A stretch of 64,000 nucleotides of DNA, taken from positions 96,001 to 160,000 of the IMG/VR virus record IMGVR_UViG_3300049792_000048; one strand, written 5' to 3'. The stretch is from a virus. Taxonomy: Duplodnaviria; Caudoviricetes. Shown one piece after another: positions 1-12,225 of the stretch. The position numbers and the translations under genes are program-made. Below the pieces are notes generated by a model. The model searched no databases, had not been told where the DNA came from, and worked only from the letters and a program-made list of their open reading frames with translations. Every line of letters begins with the position of its first letter. Position 1 is the stretch's first letter.

Positions 1-1
1 G

Positions 2-226
2 CTCCGGCGGGACGACCGTGTCGAAGATGGCCTTCAGCGTCGCTTCGCTCTCGACCGCGTTGCGAGCCATGCCCGAGGCGATCTCCTCGACGCTGGTGAG
101 GAGCTGCTTGTGGCGTTCCACATCGCGGCTCTCCTTCTCGTGGCTCATGCGGGCCGCCCACGCACGGTCCCCCTGCTCGTTGCCACCGTGGGTACGCTCG
201 TGCTCGTTCGTCTGCGTCTGATCCAT
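2..226 (-). CDS. Hypothetical protein, 3'-truncated by window edge
   Basis: ATG at 226 with GGGAG RBS; open frame (MDQTQTNEHERTHGG...) to window start; promoter-like motif at 291-306. Confidence 0.65.
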   Translation of the reverse strand, partial: MDQTQTNEHERTHGGNEQGDRAWAARMSHEKESRDVERHKQLLTSVEEIASGMARNAVESEATLKAIFDTVVPPE

Positions 227-290
227 GTTCTTGTTCTCCCTGTCTCTAGTTCAATGCCTGGGCCCAGTCTGAACGGCGGCATCTTCTCGT

Positions 291-306
291 TCATCTTACT
301 TATAGG
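291..306 (-). promoter_or_regulatory. Recurrent phage promoter-like motif
   Basis: Minus strand CCTATAAGTAAGATGA, matches other copies. Confidence 0.55.
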
Positions 307-329
307 GGGTTCTGAACCGTTTTCCCGAT

Positions 330-2751
<2,422 letters not shown>

Positions 2752-2831
2752 GTGGGTTTCCTTCCCTACTGATGCAATCCTGAGCTATCCTAGGCACTGA
2801 CCTGGCCCCTGCATCAGACAGGAGCACGAAG

Positions 2832-3635
2832 ATGAACCTCGAAGCAAACACCTGGCACACGACTTCGGCTGAGCAGCTCACGCAGCTCGGCAAGACGGCA
2901 GCGCAGACTGCGGAGACGTCGGGCATGTCCCTGACGGATGCCGCAGTTCGCTCGATCGGCATGACGAAGCTCAACGAGCAGCAGATTCGTCGCGTCGTCG
3001 AAGCGGCAAATCACGAGGCCTTCCACCGGAAGTTCGCTTCCATGGATCCGTCCATGCGAGTGGTCGAGCTCGATGGTGGTCCCGCCGACGCGAGTGCGGT
3101 GATCGAGCGGCTCAAGGCTGCCTCGGCACCGGCACGTCCGCGGAGCATGTCGGAGTACTCGATGGAGCCCACCCGCAAGACGGCAGCCGTTTCGCAGTCG
3201 GGTGTCCACGACGTCTCCGAGAAGCGGGCTGCCCTCGCCGACATCAGTGAGCTGCGTGAGCAGCTCCAGGCCACGCACATCGACCTCGCCGAACGAGTCA
3301 GCGTGAGCAGCTACTACATCACCGAGGACGTTCAGAAGCTGGCGGCCATGGTGAAGAGTGCTTGCCTCGATGGAGCGTTCTTCGAGGACTTCGAGCGGGC
3401 CTGGGGAAGCATCAGCCCCAAGCACGCCACCGAGCTCCTCTCGGCGCTCAACCCCACCCGTGCACCCCACGGCGTGAAGACGGCAAGCCGGGTGATCTCG
3501 GAAGGTCACCCGATCCGCTCGACGTTCGATGCGTTCGTGAAGCATGCTCACGACTACGAGGTCGCCTGTGAGGCCCTTCGTGAGGTCGAGGGTGAGCTCG
3601 TCCGCGTTTCGGACTTCCTGCGGAGCAATCGATGA
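2832..3635 (+). CDS. Putative prohead core/scaffold protein (K-x-A rich)
   Basis: First gene of virion operon, AGGAG RBS; 10 of 11 Lys are in K-x-A. Confidence 0.6.
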   Translation: MNLEANTWHTTSAEQLTQLGKTAAQTAETSGMSLTDAAVRSIGMTKLNEQQIRRVVEAANHEAFHRKFASMDPSMRVVELDGGPADASAVIERLKAASAPARPRSMSEYSMEPTRKTAAVSQSGVHDVSEKRAALADISELREQLQATHIDLAERVSVSSYYITEDVQKLAAMVKSACLDGAFFEDFERAWGSISPKHATELLSALNPTRAPHGVKTASRVISEGHPIRSTFDAFVKHAHDYEVACEALREVEGELVRVSDFLRSNR

Positions 3636-3970
3636 ACCCCATCACGCTTCTGAAGCTGGCAGGTCTTGCTGAGGCTGCGAAGACCGTCGGCAAAGCCACG
3701 GGCAAGGTCTTCCAGGCTTCAGGAAGCGTGGGCGGGGCCATCGGGCGAAACCTCGGCTCGGAGGCGATCGGCAAGACGGTGGGCTATGCAGCTCCCGTTC
3801 TGATCGCCAACCATGCTGCCAACCAGTACGCTCCCACACGTCGTGGTAAGGCGTGGCTCGGACAGCAGATGGGTGCGGCAGGCAATGCCGTCGGATCTGC
3901 CCTCGTCCCAAGGGACTTTGGGGCTCGGCCGGGTGACTTCGGCGGTGGCGGTGGAGGAGGGTATTACTGA
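3632..3970 (+). CDS. Small Gly/Ala-rich virion-module protein
   Basis: ATGA coupling; N-terminal LKLAG; Gly-rich hydrophobic segment. Confidence 0.55.
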   Translation: MNPITLLKLAGLAEAAKTVGKATGKVFQASGSVGGAIGRNLGSEAIGKTVGYAAPVLIANHAANQYAPTRRGKAWLGQQMGAAGNAVGSALVPRDFGARPGDFGGGGGGGYY

Positions 3971-4587
3971 TGTTGATCTCCAAGCATGCGGTCGCACGTG
4001 AGTACGTCGGTGTCGTCGCGAAGACGGCCTCTCTCATGGGTCCTGGTGACCTTCATGCGTTGAAGGGCCTGGGGCACACGATGATGGAGGTCGCTCCGAT
4101 CGCCGTTCCGCTCGCCGCGCTCGCAGCTCAAGGCATCGGCGCCGTCATCTCGAAGATGACCGAGGCTTCACGCAAGGCGGGGGCCTACAAGACGATGATG
4201 GACCAGAACCCGCACCTCGCGGACAAGCCGTCCGAGGACGTGCAGCGGTACTTCAACACGCTCCATCGCCTGAACCCGGAGCTCGCGGGGGACCCCACGG
4301 TCGCGGCGAGCTTCGTGAACAACATGGTTCAGATGAACAACCCGATGAACCCGCACGCCGCGCTGTTCGAGCAGGCTCGTCAACTCAGCGCCCTCAAGCG
4401 CCCCGAGCCGGGTCACTTCGGCAAGGATCTCAGCGACGTCGTCCTTCGCATGGGCGATGCCTCCAAGAAGGACAAGTCGGAAGGCCTGCGCCACGACCTA
4501 GGCGTCCAGCAGCGGTACAACCGCATGCTCAAGAGCCACGTCCAGAAGATGCGTCGTGGCGCTGCCCACGCTCCCGAAACGACCTGA
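3970..4587 (+). CDS. Virion-module protein with one hydrophobic segment
   Basis: TGATG coupling; KHA and KTAS near N-terminus; IAVPLAALAAQGIGAVI segment. Confidence 0.6.
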   Translation: MLISKHAVAREYVGVVAKTASLMGPGDLHALKGLGHTMMEVAPIAVPLAALAAQGIGAVISKMTEASRKAGAYKTMMDQNPHLADKPSEDVQRYFNTLHRLNPELAGDPTVAASFVNNMVQMNNPMNPHAALFEQARQLSALKRPEPGHFGKDLSDVVLRMGDASKKDKSEGLRHDLGVQQRYNRMLKSHVQKMRRGAAHAPETT

Positions 4588-4590
4588 CCC

Positions 4591-6396
4591 ATGATGCTGA
4601 AGCGTGCGTTCTCGTCGGCTGAAGGCGAGCCGCCGGTTCATCTCATCGAGGCCGGGCACATGACGAAAGTCGCCGGCGCGCTTCCGCTCGTCGAGGACTT
4701 CATCTCGCGTCTGCGTCCAGACCCCAAGTACATGTTCACTCACGTGAACGCCATGGGGTACTCGGAGTACTACGGGCCGAACTCGAACGTCGACTACTAC
4801 GGGTACAACCCACACCTCGACTTCAACGGTCTGCTGCACGCTCCCGAGACGTGTCATCTGCACGGCGAATACGAGAACTGGGAGACCGATCCCGTCGTAC
4901 AGGCTCGCATCGCGAAGAGCTGGCCATTCGGTTACCCCAGCTACTACGGCGCGACGGTCTACGCCCACCACAAGAACTCGGACCCCACCTCGTTGGGCTT
5001 CGGGGATGTCGTGTTCGTCGCCCGCAACGAGGCACAGAAGCGCATCGAGCTCGTGATGCGAGTCGATGTCGACCTCGCCATGCAACGTGGTCACTCTGCG
5101 ATTCTTGATAGGATCGGACGAGGCGATCGAGTCGATGTCTCGATGGGCTGCAAGGTCCCCTTCGACTTCTGCTCGATCTGCACCGACTGGGAGGCCGTAA
5201 AGAAGGCCCAGAAGGGCTACGACCCCAAGCGCCACGCCAGCCCAGGTGTCGCCATCCTGGTGTATCACCGGACCGTGAAGCCCATCCGTGGGCTCGCCAT
5301 TACGAAGGCTGACTACTGCGACCACATGGTCAAGCAGCGTGGGCAGGTACTGGACGATGGCCAGAAGGTCTTCGTCTACAACGACTATCCACGCTTCTTC
5401 GACATCAGCTTCGTGTGGATCGGAGCTGACCGCACCGCACGCGTGATGTTCTTCATGGGTGCGAATGGCAGCCGGCCCGGGGAACGTCAGCGTCCTCAGA
5501 GTATCGGTGAGCTCGTGAAGGGGGCTTCGGACATGTCGAAGACAGCCAGTGAGAAGGCGGAACCTGGAACCCTTCTCACCCGAGACCGCCTCCGGAAAAT
5601 GAAGAAGATGGCAATGGAGAAGGAGATCCCTGGAGGCATCACACGCAAGGTCGAGCTCTGCGCCAACTCCGAGATGGATATCCCGTTCGGAGAGCTGGCC
5701 TCCTTCTCGAAGGAGGTGGGGGCAAAGACCCTGCTCTCTACGCTCGCTGGTCTGGGCATAATGCTCAAGCCGAACGAGTTCCATGGCGTCGTCGGCACCG
5801 AGCACCCGCTTCACGCGAAGGTCGCCGCGATGGCTGCCGAGCACAACATGACGTTCAGGACATCGCTGCCTGGATACGAGACTGGCTATGCCGTGGACCC
5901 CGCCCTCTTCTCGCCCAAGTTGGCGGAGAAGCTCATGCCTTACGTCGAGCACCGCTCTTCGTTTGCCCCGCATCTTCACTACCGGCTCGGCACGATGGCG
6001 AAGACGGCTTCGGCCCCTCTTCCACAGCTACTTGATGCCGTGTTCGTTCATGATGTCGCGGCTCTTTACAATGGGTATCGGGCCTCGCTCCTGAAGCAGG
6101 CTGAGCACCTGATGCCGAAGTACCACGAGGTGTCTCCACCCGACTTCGAGCAGTTGACGAAGACAGCCTCGCTGGCGGGTCTTCTCCTGTCTTCATCCAC
6201 CGTGGTACATTGGATTTCGGCTCACCTCGAAAAGGTGGCAGAGGTCGAAGAGGAACTTGGTGCTGCTGTGAAGTACGTGATGACAAGCCCCAACTACCGT
6301 AAGCTCAGTGCTCTCGGTGACGAGGTTTGCGCCACGATGAATCGGAGCACCAACTTCATCTCCGGGCTCCGGAACGCGGTGCAGATCGCACTGTAA
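4591..6396 (+). CDS. Putative prohead (maturation) protease, HK97/assemblin-like fold with Zn finger
   Basis: YAHHKN (His), DVSMGC (Ser), CSIC...YCDH, FFDISFVWIGAD; lies upstream of scaffold and capsid genes. Confidence 0.72.
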   Translation: MMLKRAFSSAEGEPPVHLIEAGHMTKVAGALPLVEDFISRLRPDPKYMFTHVNAMGYSEYYGPNSNVDYYGYNPHLDFNGLLHAPETCHLHGEYENWETDPVVQARIAKSWPFGYPSYYGATVYAHHKNSDPTSLGFGDVVFVARNEAQKRIELVMRVDVDLAMQRGHSAILDRIGRGDRVDVSMGCKVPFDFCSICTDWEAVKKAQKGYDPKRHASPGVAILVYHRTVKPIRGLAITKADYCDHMVKQRGQVLDDGQKVFVYNDYPRFFDISFVWIGADRTARVMFFMGANGSRPGERQRPQSIGELVKGASDMSKTASEKAEPGTLLTRDRLRKMKKMAMEKEIPGGITRKVELCANSEMDIPFGELASFSKEVGAKTLLSTLAGLGIMLKPNEFHGVVGTEHPLHAKVAAMAAEHNMTFRTSLPGYETGYAVDPALFSPKLAEKLMPYVEHRSSFAPHLHYRLGTMAKTASAPLPQLLDAVFVHDVAALYNGYRASLLKQAEHLMPKYHEVSPPDFEQLTKTASLAGLLLSSSTVVHWISAHLEKVAEVEEELGAAVKYVMTSPNYRKLSALGDEVCATMNRSTNFISGLRNAVQIAL

Positions 6397-6464
6397 CTCC
6401 CCTTCCGAGGCTGCTTCGCGCGGCCACCGACGATCGGGCAACGACGAACGACGAGGTAGACATC

Positions 6465-7319
6465 ATGATGGACTTCGAGACGAAGATCGCAGCGGCGGGT
6501 GATGCTCTGATGAAGCTGGCGGCGGACCGCGGCCTCACTCTGAACGACTTCACGGAACAGGAGTCGATGGACCTCCTGGAGATGCTCATGGGCGAGCAGA
6601 ACAAGACCGCAGGAGAGGTCACGCCTGCGGCAGCGGCTCCGGCAGCCGTGACTCCTCCGGCGCAGGGCGCGGAGCCGACGGACAAGACGGCGAACGAGCA
6701 GCCGCAGCTCGACTACGGCATGGTGATGGCCGAGGTCGTGAAGGTCGCCGCGGCGAACAAGTTCGACCTGACGACGGCATCGCCCGCGGAGCTCAACGAC
6801 GCCGTCCAGAAGATGGCGGCGCTCATGAGCGACCCCACCTACGCGACGAAGCAGGCCGCGTTCCAGGAGAAGCTTGCAGAGGCCGACGCGATCGGCCGCG
6901 TGATGGCTCACTCCTACGTCGACGAGCTCTCGAAGATCGCCGAGTCGAACAAGGTCGCCAGCAAGACCGAGGACGAGAAGCGCGAGGAAGAGAAGAACGA
7001 GAAGAAGGCCGCGTTCGTTCGCGAGCTCCGCGCGAAGACCGCGGGCGAGATGCCCGAGGCCTTCAAGAAGCACATGAAGGGCAAGGGCAACGAGGACGAC
7101 AAGGGTGGCAAGGGCGACGAGAAGAGCGAAGACGACAAGAAGAAGGAAGAGGCCGAGAAGAAGGCTTCCTTCGCCAAGATCGCCGAGCTCCGTGCCGCGC
7201 AGATCCTCATCGAGAACGGTGTCAACCCGGCCACGAGCGAGAAGTTCGCTTCCGCCGACGAGCAGGTCGACGCTGCGGCTCTCAACCTCCTCGCGCAGAA
7301 GGGCTACAAGGTCGGCTGA
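6465..7319 (+). CDS. Putative scaffolding/core protein
   Basis: GAGGT RBS before ATG 6465; helical, charged, 15 K-x-A motifs. Confidence 0.65.
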   Translation: MMDFETKIAAAGDALMKLAADRGLTLNDFTEQESMDLLEMLMGEQNKTAGEVTPAAAAPAAVTPPAQGAEPTDKTANEQPQLDYGMVMAEVVKVAAANKFDLTTASPAELNDAVQKMAALMSDPTYATKQAAFQEKLAEADAIGRVMAHSYVDELSKIAESNKVASKTEDEKREEEKNEKKAAFVRELRAKTAGEMPEAFKKHMKGKGNEDDKGGKGDEKSEDDKKKEEAEKKASFAKIAELRAAQILIENGVNPATSEKFASADEQVDAAALNLLAQKGYKVG

Positions 7320-7337
7320 GCCGGCACCTGAGCACAC

Positions 7338-7574
7338 GTGATGAGCACCCACCCCAACTTGATGTTCGACAGCTTCCTGAAGACGGCGTCCACCGCCTCT
7401 GTCAGGCCAGCTTCGTCGTACGCCTCGTCGGGGATGGGTGACGCATCACAGAAGCTCAAGGTGACGAATGCGCCCAGCAAGTCGCAGTGGTCGTCACCGA
7501 ACCCGTCTCAGGCAACCCCCAACCAAAGCCCGTTCGCGGCTCAGAAGAACGCACCGCCTCCGCCGGTGCAGTGA
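7338..7574 (+). CDS. Small low-complexity head-module protein
   Basis: Fills operon gap; FLKTAS motif; Ser/Pro-rich. Confidence 0.5.
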   Translation: MMSTHPNLMFDSFLKTASTASVRPASSYASSGMGDASQKLKVTNAPSKSQWSSPNPSQATPNQSPFAAQKNAPPPPVQ

Positions 7575-7584
7575 GGAAGACGTC

Positions 7585-8487
7585 ATGCGAAAGCTCAGTG
7601 CACTGGTGAATACCGCACTCGAATCCGCGAGCGAGAAGATCGCCTCGACGGTCGATGCGAGCGCAGCGGAAGCCGTGAAGGCTGCCGAGGCCGAGAAGCG
7701 TGCCGCGGCGGCTGCTGCCGTTCCGGTCCGCACGAAGGAGGCCGAGAAGCGCGCAAGCGTGATCACCACGGCAGCCGAGGCCGTCAAGGTCGCCGAGGTG
7801 CTGGAGCATCTCGCGGTCGTGATGCCCAAGCTCGCCGAGATGGGCACGAACCGCGGTGGTGGCAGCACGAACGTGCAGGACCGCACCGGCCCCGAGATCC
7901 TCACGTCGCCCGACAAGGGCGTGACGAAGGACACGATGACGTCGGCCTCGTCGATCCCGGCGCAGCGTGCGCATTCGGGCGGTGGCCCCGGCCACGGCAT
8001 GCACATCGAGACGAACAAGAACGACGCGCCCTGGAGCAAGTCCAAGAGCGCGGCCGAGGAGATCCTCACGGCGAAGATCGCACAGAGCAATGCTCTGCTC
8101 GCGGTCGGTCGTGCGAAGGAGGCCACGGAGCTCGCGAACACGGCTCGCACCGAGTTCGAGACCGCCAAGAAGGCGTACGAGGAGGAGGATGCCTCCACCA
8201 AGACGCCGCACGGCAACCCGAAGTCGCTGGCGACGAACCGCAACCAGGGCGACCTCCCGGTCCCCACGGGTCCGGTCCGTGACAACGCGGGCATGATCTC
8301 GATGACCAAGCGCGACGCCAAGACGAAGGACGTCCGCGCCGAGGCAGGCAAGCACGTCTCGGAGACCGCTCTCTCGGCGAAGACCGACAAGGGTCTCTCC
8401 GACAACCTCGACCACATCGAGGGGGCGAAGATCGCTTCCATCCTCGACACCGCGGCAGCGCGAAAGGCGGCGGCCACGGCCGCCTGA
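7585..8487 (+). CDS. Putative core/scaffold protein
   Basis: GAGGA RBS; Ala-rich; many K-x-A motifs (KIAS, KRAS, KVAE, KLAE, KIAQ). Confidence 0.6.
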   Translation: MRKLSALVNTALESASEKIASTVDASAAEAVKAAEAEKRAAAAAAVPVRTKEAEKRASVITTAAEAVKVAEVLEHLAVVMPKLAEMGTNRGGGSTNVQDRTGPEILTSPDKGVTKDTMTSASSIPAQRAHSGGGPGHGMHIETNKNDAPWSKSKSAAEEILTAKIAQSNALLAVGRAKEATELANTARTEFETAKKAYEEEDASTKTPHGNPKSLATNRNQGDLPVPTGPVRDNAGMISMTKRDAKTKDVRAEAGKHVSETALSAKTDKGLSDNLDHIEGAKIASILDTAAARKAAATAA

Positions 8488-8499
8488 AGGGAGACGAAC

Positions 8500-8904
8500 A
8501 TGGACCTCATCAAGCTCGCTTCGGATTCGCCTGCCGTCCTTCTCGAAGGCGCCAAGACGATCCGCAAGCTCGCGTCGGACAACGTGGAGCTCCAGGCCGA
8601 CAAGATGGCTGCGCTCCACCAGCTCCACATCCACAAGCTCGCGATGCTGATGCACGAGCGCGGCCTGGAGCCCGCTCTGTCGCTGTCGGAGAAGGTCGCG
8701 CATCTGAGTTCGGTCGAGCCCTCGAAGCTCGATGCGATCGAAGCCGCCGTCGAGATGAGCGCGGGCGGCTTCAAGCTGGCGACGCTTCGCACCGACGAGG
8801 AGACCTCGTCTTCGCACGGTGCGGGGCCGACGACGTTGTCCGGGGAGCTCGGTTCCTCGGCGAACTACGACCGACTGGACGCGCTCGTCCAGGCGATCGG
8901 CTGA
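8500..8904 (+). CDS. Putative small scaffolding protein
   Basis: GGGAG RBS; 6 of 8 Lys in K-x-A; two genes before capsid gene. Confidence 0.6.
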   Translation: MDLIKLASDSPAVLLEGAKTIRKLASDNVELQADKMAALHQLHIHKLAMLMHERGLEPALSLSEKVAHLSSVEPSKLDAIEAAVEMSAGGFKLATLRTDEETSSSHGAGPTTLSGELGSSANYDRLDALVQAIG

Positions 8905-8931
8905 TCCACACCGAGGAACCAGACAGGAGAG

Positions 8932-9414
8932 ATGATCATGAGCACGAACGATCGGAAGTTCGAGGTGGTGTTCCCCACGTCGTGGGATCGCCTGATGCGC
9001 CCCGCGATGGAGGTCGCCGACAAGGACCTCCTCAACCCCAACATCTCGGGCAAGGTCCCGCTGATGGATGGTGAGTTCGTCACGGAGGACAGCTCGTACA
9101 AGCTCGTCCGCGCGACGGACCAGACGGCCCTCGTCCCCGCCTACGCCTTCCTGGAGTGGCGTGGTGACTACGGCATGCAGGCGGCGGGCAAGGCCGCCAT
9201 CCTCAAGGGCGGCACGTACGAGGCGGACACGATCGTGTACGACGCGACGTCGCTCGTTCTCCACAGCCCGCTCATGACGGGCGCGGCAACGGTCGGTGGC
9301 CAGACGCGGTCGGGTCTCATCCTCCGCACCGGGTCGAACCTCATCATCGGCTACGTGACGCGGCTGGCAATCACCAACGGTGGTCGTCTCCGCTTCCTTC
9401 AGACGGCGGTCTGA
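8932..9414 (+). CDS. Putative capsid decoration/cement protein
   Basis: 160-aa beta-rich protein directly upstream of capsid gene (positional inference). Confidence 0.55.
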   Translation: MIMSTNDRKFEVVFPTSWDRLMRPAMEVADKDLLNPNISGKVPLMDGEFVTEDSSYKLVRATDQTALVPAYAFLEWRGDYGMQAAGKAAILKGGTYEADTIVYDATSLVLHSPLMTGAATVGGQTRSGLILRTGSNLIIGYVTRLAITNGGRLRFLQTAV

Positions 9415-9459
9415 TCCGGTAGTCGGACGGACGGACACAAAAGGAGACAGGAGAACATC

Positions 9460-10572
9460 ATGCTGCACGATGCAAAGGAGCTGACCCTTCAGCACCTCTC
9501 GAACCCCGACGCGAAGACCAAGCTCGCGGCGGAGGTCGGGGGCTACATCCGAGACCGGCTGCGCGAGGCGTCGTTCCTGGAGCGGGTCCTCCCGCCCCAG
9601 ACCGTCACGCGCAGCGACTGCCAGATCTCGGTCAACCACGACTCGCTCGTGAAGATCGAGCACCTGGAGCCGCGTTCGCGCGCCATGGTGGTCACCTTCC
9701 GTGGCGAGCCGTCCGCCCGTCTCCTCCGCGGTGAGCGCGTCGAGGTGCCGTTCATCACCATCATGAGCGAGATGTACCAGAAGCCGGAGCAGGAGTTCCT
9801 GGCCTACCCGTACCCGCTCGGGAAGGTCGTCGAGCAGAACTCGATCCGCGACATCGGCGAGATCCAGGACCGTCAGTTCCTGATCTACTCCGAGGCCGCG
9901 GTGCAGGCCCTCCAGACCGAGGCGAACGGCACGACGACGTCGCTCAATGCGACGGCGCTCCAGAGCTCCACGCCCCCGGTGGAGTTCTCGGTCATCAAGG
10001 GCGAGCTCGCGCGTGCGGTCTCGACGAACGACGCGATCGTTCGTCCGATCCAGCGCCCGGACATCGTCAACCTGATGAAGCTCCTCGATGGCAACCGCCT
10101 CGAATGCGAGCTCATCCTCATCACGAGCAAGGATCTCGACGACGTCCTCCAGTGGACGATCGAGGACCAGGGCTCGAAGGTGCAGAGCGAGACCACCGTC
10201 CAGGGCTGGCAGTTCAACACCCTCCTCGGCAAGAAGCTGATCCGGACCATCAAGACGGACATCCTCCGTCCGGGCAACGTGTATGCGTACACGTCGCCGG
10301 AGTTCCTGGGTCGCTTCTACATCCTGAACAACGTCAAGTTCTACATCGACAAGGTGATCAACCTGATCAAGTTCGTCGCGTGGAAGGACGTCGGGATGAG
10401 CATCGTCAACGTCGCGTCGGTGCGCAAGCTGGAGCTCTACTCCGGCGACGCGACGTCGCTGAACGCCGACTCGGTTCTCGCGTCGGTCTCGCCGAAGGTC
10501 GAGGAAGATCTCGGGGCGCCGAACAACCGCGCCGCGGATCGCACGTTCTTCCCGGGCGTCGTCTCCTTCTGA
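9460..10572 (+). CDS. Major capsid protein (probable HK97 fold)
   Basis: 370 aa, strong RBS, very strong C/G codon bias, position after protease/scaffold/decoration genes, followed by hairpins; single K-x-A at residues 21-23. Confidence 0.8.
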   Translation: MLHDAKELTLQHLSNPDAKTKLAAEVGGYIRDRLREASFLERVLPPQTVTRSDCQISVNHDSLVKIEHLEPRSRAMVVTFRGEPSARLLRGERVEVPFITIMSEMYQKPEQEFLAYPYPLGKVVEQNSIRDIGEIQDRQFLIYSEAAVQALQTEANGTTTSLNATALQSSTPPVEFSVIKGELARAVSTNDAIVRPIQRPDIVNLMKLLDGNRLECELILITSKDLDDVLQWTIEDQGSKVQSETTVQGWQFNTLLGKKLIRTIKTDILRPGNVYAYTSPEFLGRFYILNNVKFYIDKVINLIKFVAWKDVGMSIVNVASVRKLELYSGDATSLNADSVLASVSPKVEEDLGAPNNRAADRTFFPGVVSF

Positions 10573-10580
10573 TAGAGGAG

Positions 10581-10643
10581 CCCAGCTCGGGCTGGGACCA
10601 GCTACGATGGGCCGGTTGGCTGGAGACGGCCTTCCGGCCCATT
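10581..10643 (+). terminator. Two hairpins after capsid gene (terminator or 3' stabiliser)
   Basis: CCCAGC-TCGG-GCTGGG and ATGGGCCGG...CCGGCCCAT. Confidence 0.5.
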
Positions 10644-10676
10644 GTGTTGATGAACCTGAAAACGAACGAGGAAGAC

Positions 10677-11711
10677 ATGGACAAGATCGTGTATCTGTAT
10701 GGCTCGGGTCGCGACGCGGAAACGCGTGTGCTCCGTCATGCCACCAAGCCCCGCCAGATGGTGATTCGCCTCGGCCCGTGGACCGTACGTCCCGCCCGTC
10801 GCATCGCCGTCGAGTTCCCTCGGCTCGCTCCTCACAAGGACGAGCTGCTCCACAAGATCTCGCAGGGGATCCTCCAGCTCCAGAGTGGCGACGGCGTCGT
10901 CTACTCGATCGTGGAGCTCAACGCGGCGTTCGCGGAGCTCGTCGGTACACCCGACGCTCCCAACTACGAGACGATGCCGTACGCCCAGCTCATGGGGCTG
11001 ATGCGCACGGAGAAGCCGACGCAGGAAGCGTGGGAAGCCTTCGTCTCTCGCTCCATCGCAGACTCCCTCACGGAGTCCGATCCGGAGATGCCGAGCACCA
11101 TCACGCGGATTCGGGGACTCATGTCCTACTCGCCGCGTGTCGCTGAGCTCGGGGTCGACATCACGGCAACGGACATCGTCCTCGCGAGCGCCCTCGCCAA
11201 GGCGGAGGCCAGCAAGGAGGCCGAGCAAGCAGAAGCCGACGCAGCTCGTGCTGAAGAGGCACGTGTCGCGGACGAGGCTGCTCGCATCGCTGCGGCCCAG
11301 GAAGCTGCCCGTGTCGAGGAAGCTGCTCGTGTCGAGAAGGAGAAGGTCGATACGCTTCTTCCGCCGAGCGACGCTCAGGCCGACGAGCCCACGCACGACG
11401 ATGGTGCGCCTCCGCCGTCGGATGCGGATGCTCCCCACGACGAGATCGGCACCCCGTCCGAGGTGAGTCCGGAGCAGATGGACTTCTCGGCCGAGGAGAC
11501 CAACACGGAGCCCGTCGTCGAAGAGACGAAGAGTGAAGAGGTCGTGGTCGAGAAGTCGGCCGATTCGCAGCGCACCCTCCCCGAGGGCTGGCGCGGCGCC
11601 ACCAACAAGGACCTGAAGGATCTCATCGCCAAGACGGGCGCCAAGATGCCCGAGCAGGTCAGCAAGGCGAACCTCATCTCGGCTCTGGAGGAGTGGTTGG
11701 GAGGTAACTGA
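10677..11711 (+). CDS. Post-capsid protein with acidic linker and C-terminal HeH/Rho-N-like domain
   Basis: GAGGA RBS; C-terminus TNKDLKDLIAKTGAKMPEQVSKANLISAL; EAARV-type repeats. Confidence 0.6.
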   Translation: MDKIVYLYGSGRDAETRVLRHATKPRQMVIRLGPWTVRPARRIAVEFPRLAPHKDELLHKISQGILQLQSGDGVVYSIVELNAAFAELVGTPDAPNYETMPYAQLMGLMRTEKPTQEAWEAFVSRSIADSLTESDPEMPSTITRIRGLMSYSPRVAELGVDITATDIVLASALAKAEASKEAEQAEADAARAEEARVADEAARIAAAQEAARVEEAARVEKEKVDTLLPPSDAQADEPTHDDGAPPPSDADAPHDEIGTPSEVSPEQMDFSAEETNTEPVVEETKSEEVVVEKSADSQRTLPEGWRGATNKDLKDLIAKTGAKMPEQVSKANLISALEEWLGGN

Positions 11712-12220
11712 TGCCGTTCGTTCAGGGACTCGGGCAGCCGTTCGATCCGAGGGCTGTACTCCGAGGGCACATCGAAGCAGTGCGCATGTTCATGCGTGAC
11801 TTCGGCGAGCTCAACCTCCTCATCCGTGGGGAGGAGAGCTCCGACCGAATGATCATCTGGGCGACGCAGGACTTCTTGTCCGACTTCAATGGGACGCCAC
11901 CCTTCACGGGGTACGCCCTGAACGAGCTCGCATCACGAGGACTCCAGAACCTGTCGGTCCGTGGAACGGTCATCACGCTGCTTCAGAGTGTGATGATCCT
12001 CCATGCCCGCAACTACCTGCCGTTCTCGGATGGTGGCTTGTCAGTGGCGATCAACGACAAGGCGCCTCTCATCCAGTCCATGCTTCAGCTCTTCCAGTCA
12101 GCGTACGAACAGCAGAAGCGCCAGGTCAAAACGGCGCTGAACATCGAACAACTCCTCGATCTTGGTCCGAGCGGGGTGCACTCGGATTATTTCGGGCTCG
12201 CGGCTCTTGGTTTCTGGTGA
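11711..12220 (+). CDS. Putative head-tail adaptor (neck) protein
   Basis: TGATG coupling; helical 169-aa protein downstream of capsid gene. Confidence 0.5.
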   Translation: MPFVQGLGQPFDPRAVLRGHIEAVRMFMRDFGELNLLIRGEESSDRMIIWATQDFLSDFNGTPPFTGYALNELASRGLQNLSVRGTVITLLQSVMILHARNYLPFSDGGLSVAINDKAPLIQSMLQLFQSAYEQQKRQVKTALNIEQLLDLGPSGVHSDYFGLAALGFW

Positions 12221-12225
12221 ACTAG

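Noticed and set aside
10104-10676. N-terminal extension of ORF 10104..11711 overlapping the capsid gene (possible frameshift fusion)
   Set aside because: There is a good RBS and ATG at 10677; the capsid gene ends in tandem stops TGA TAG with hairpins; no convincing slippery site
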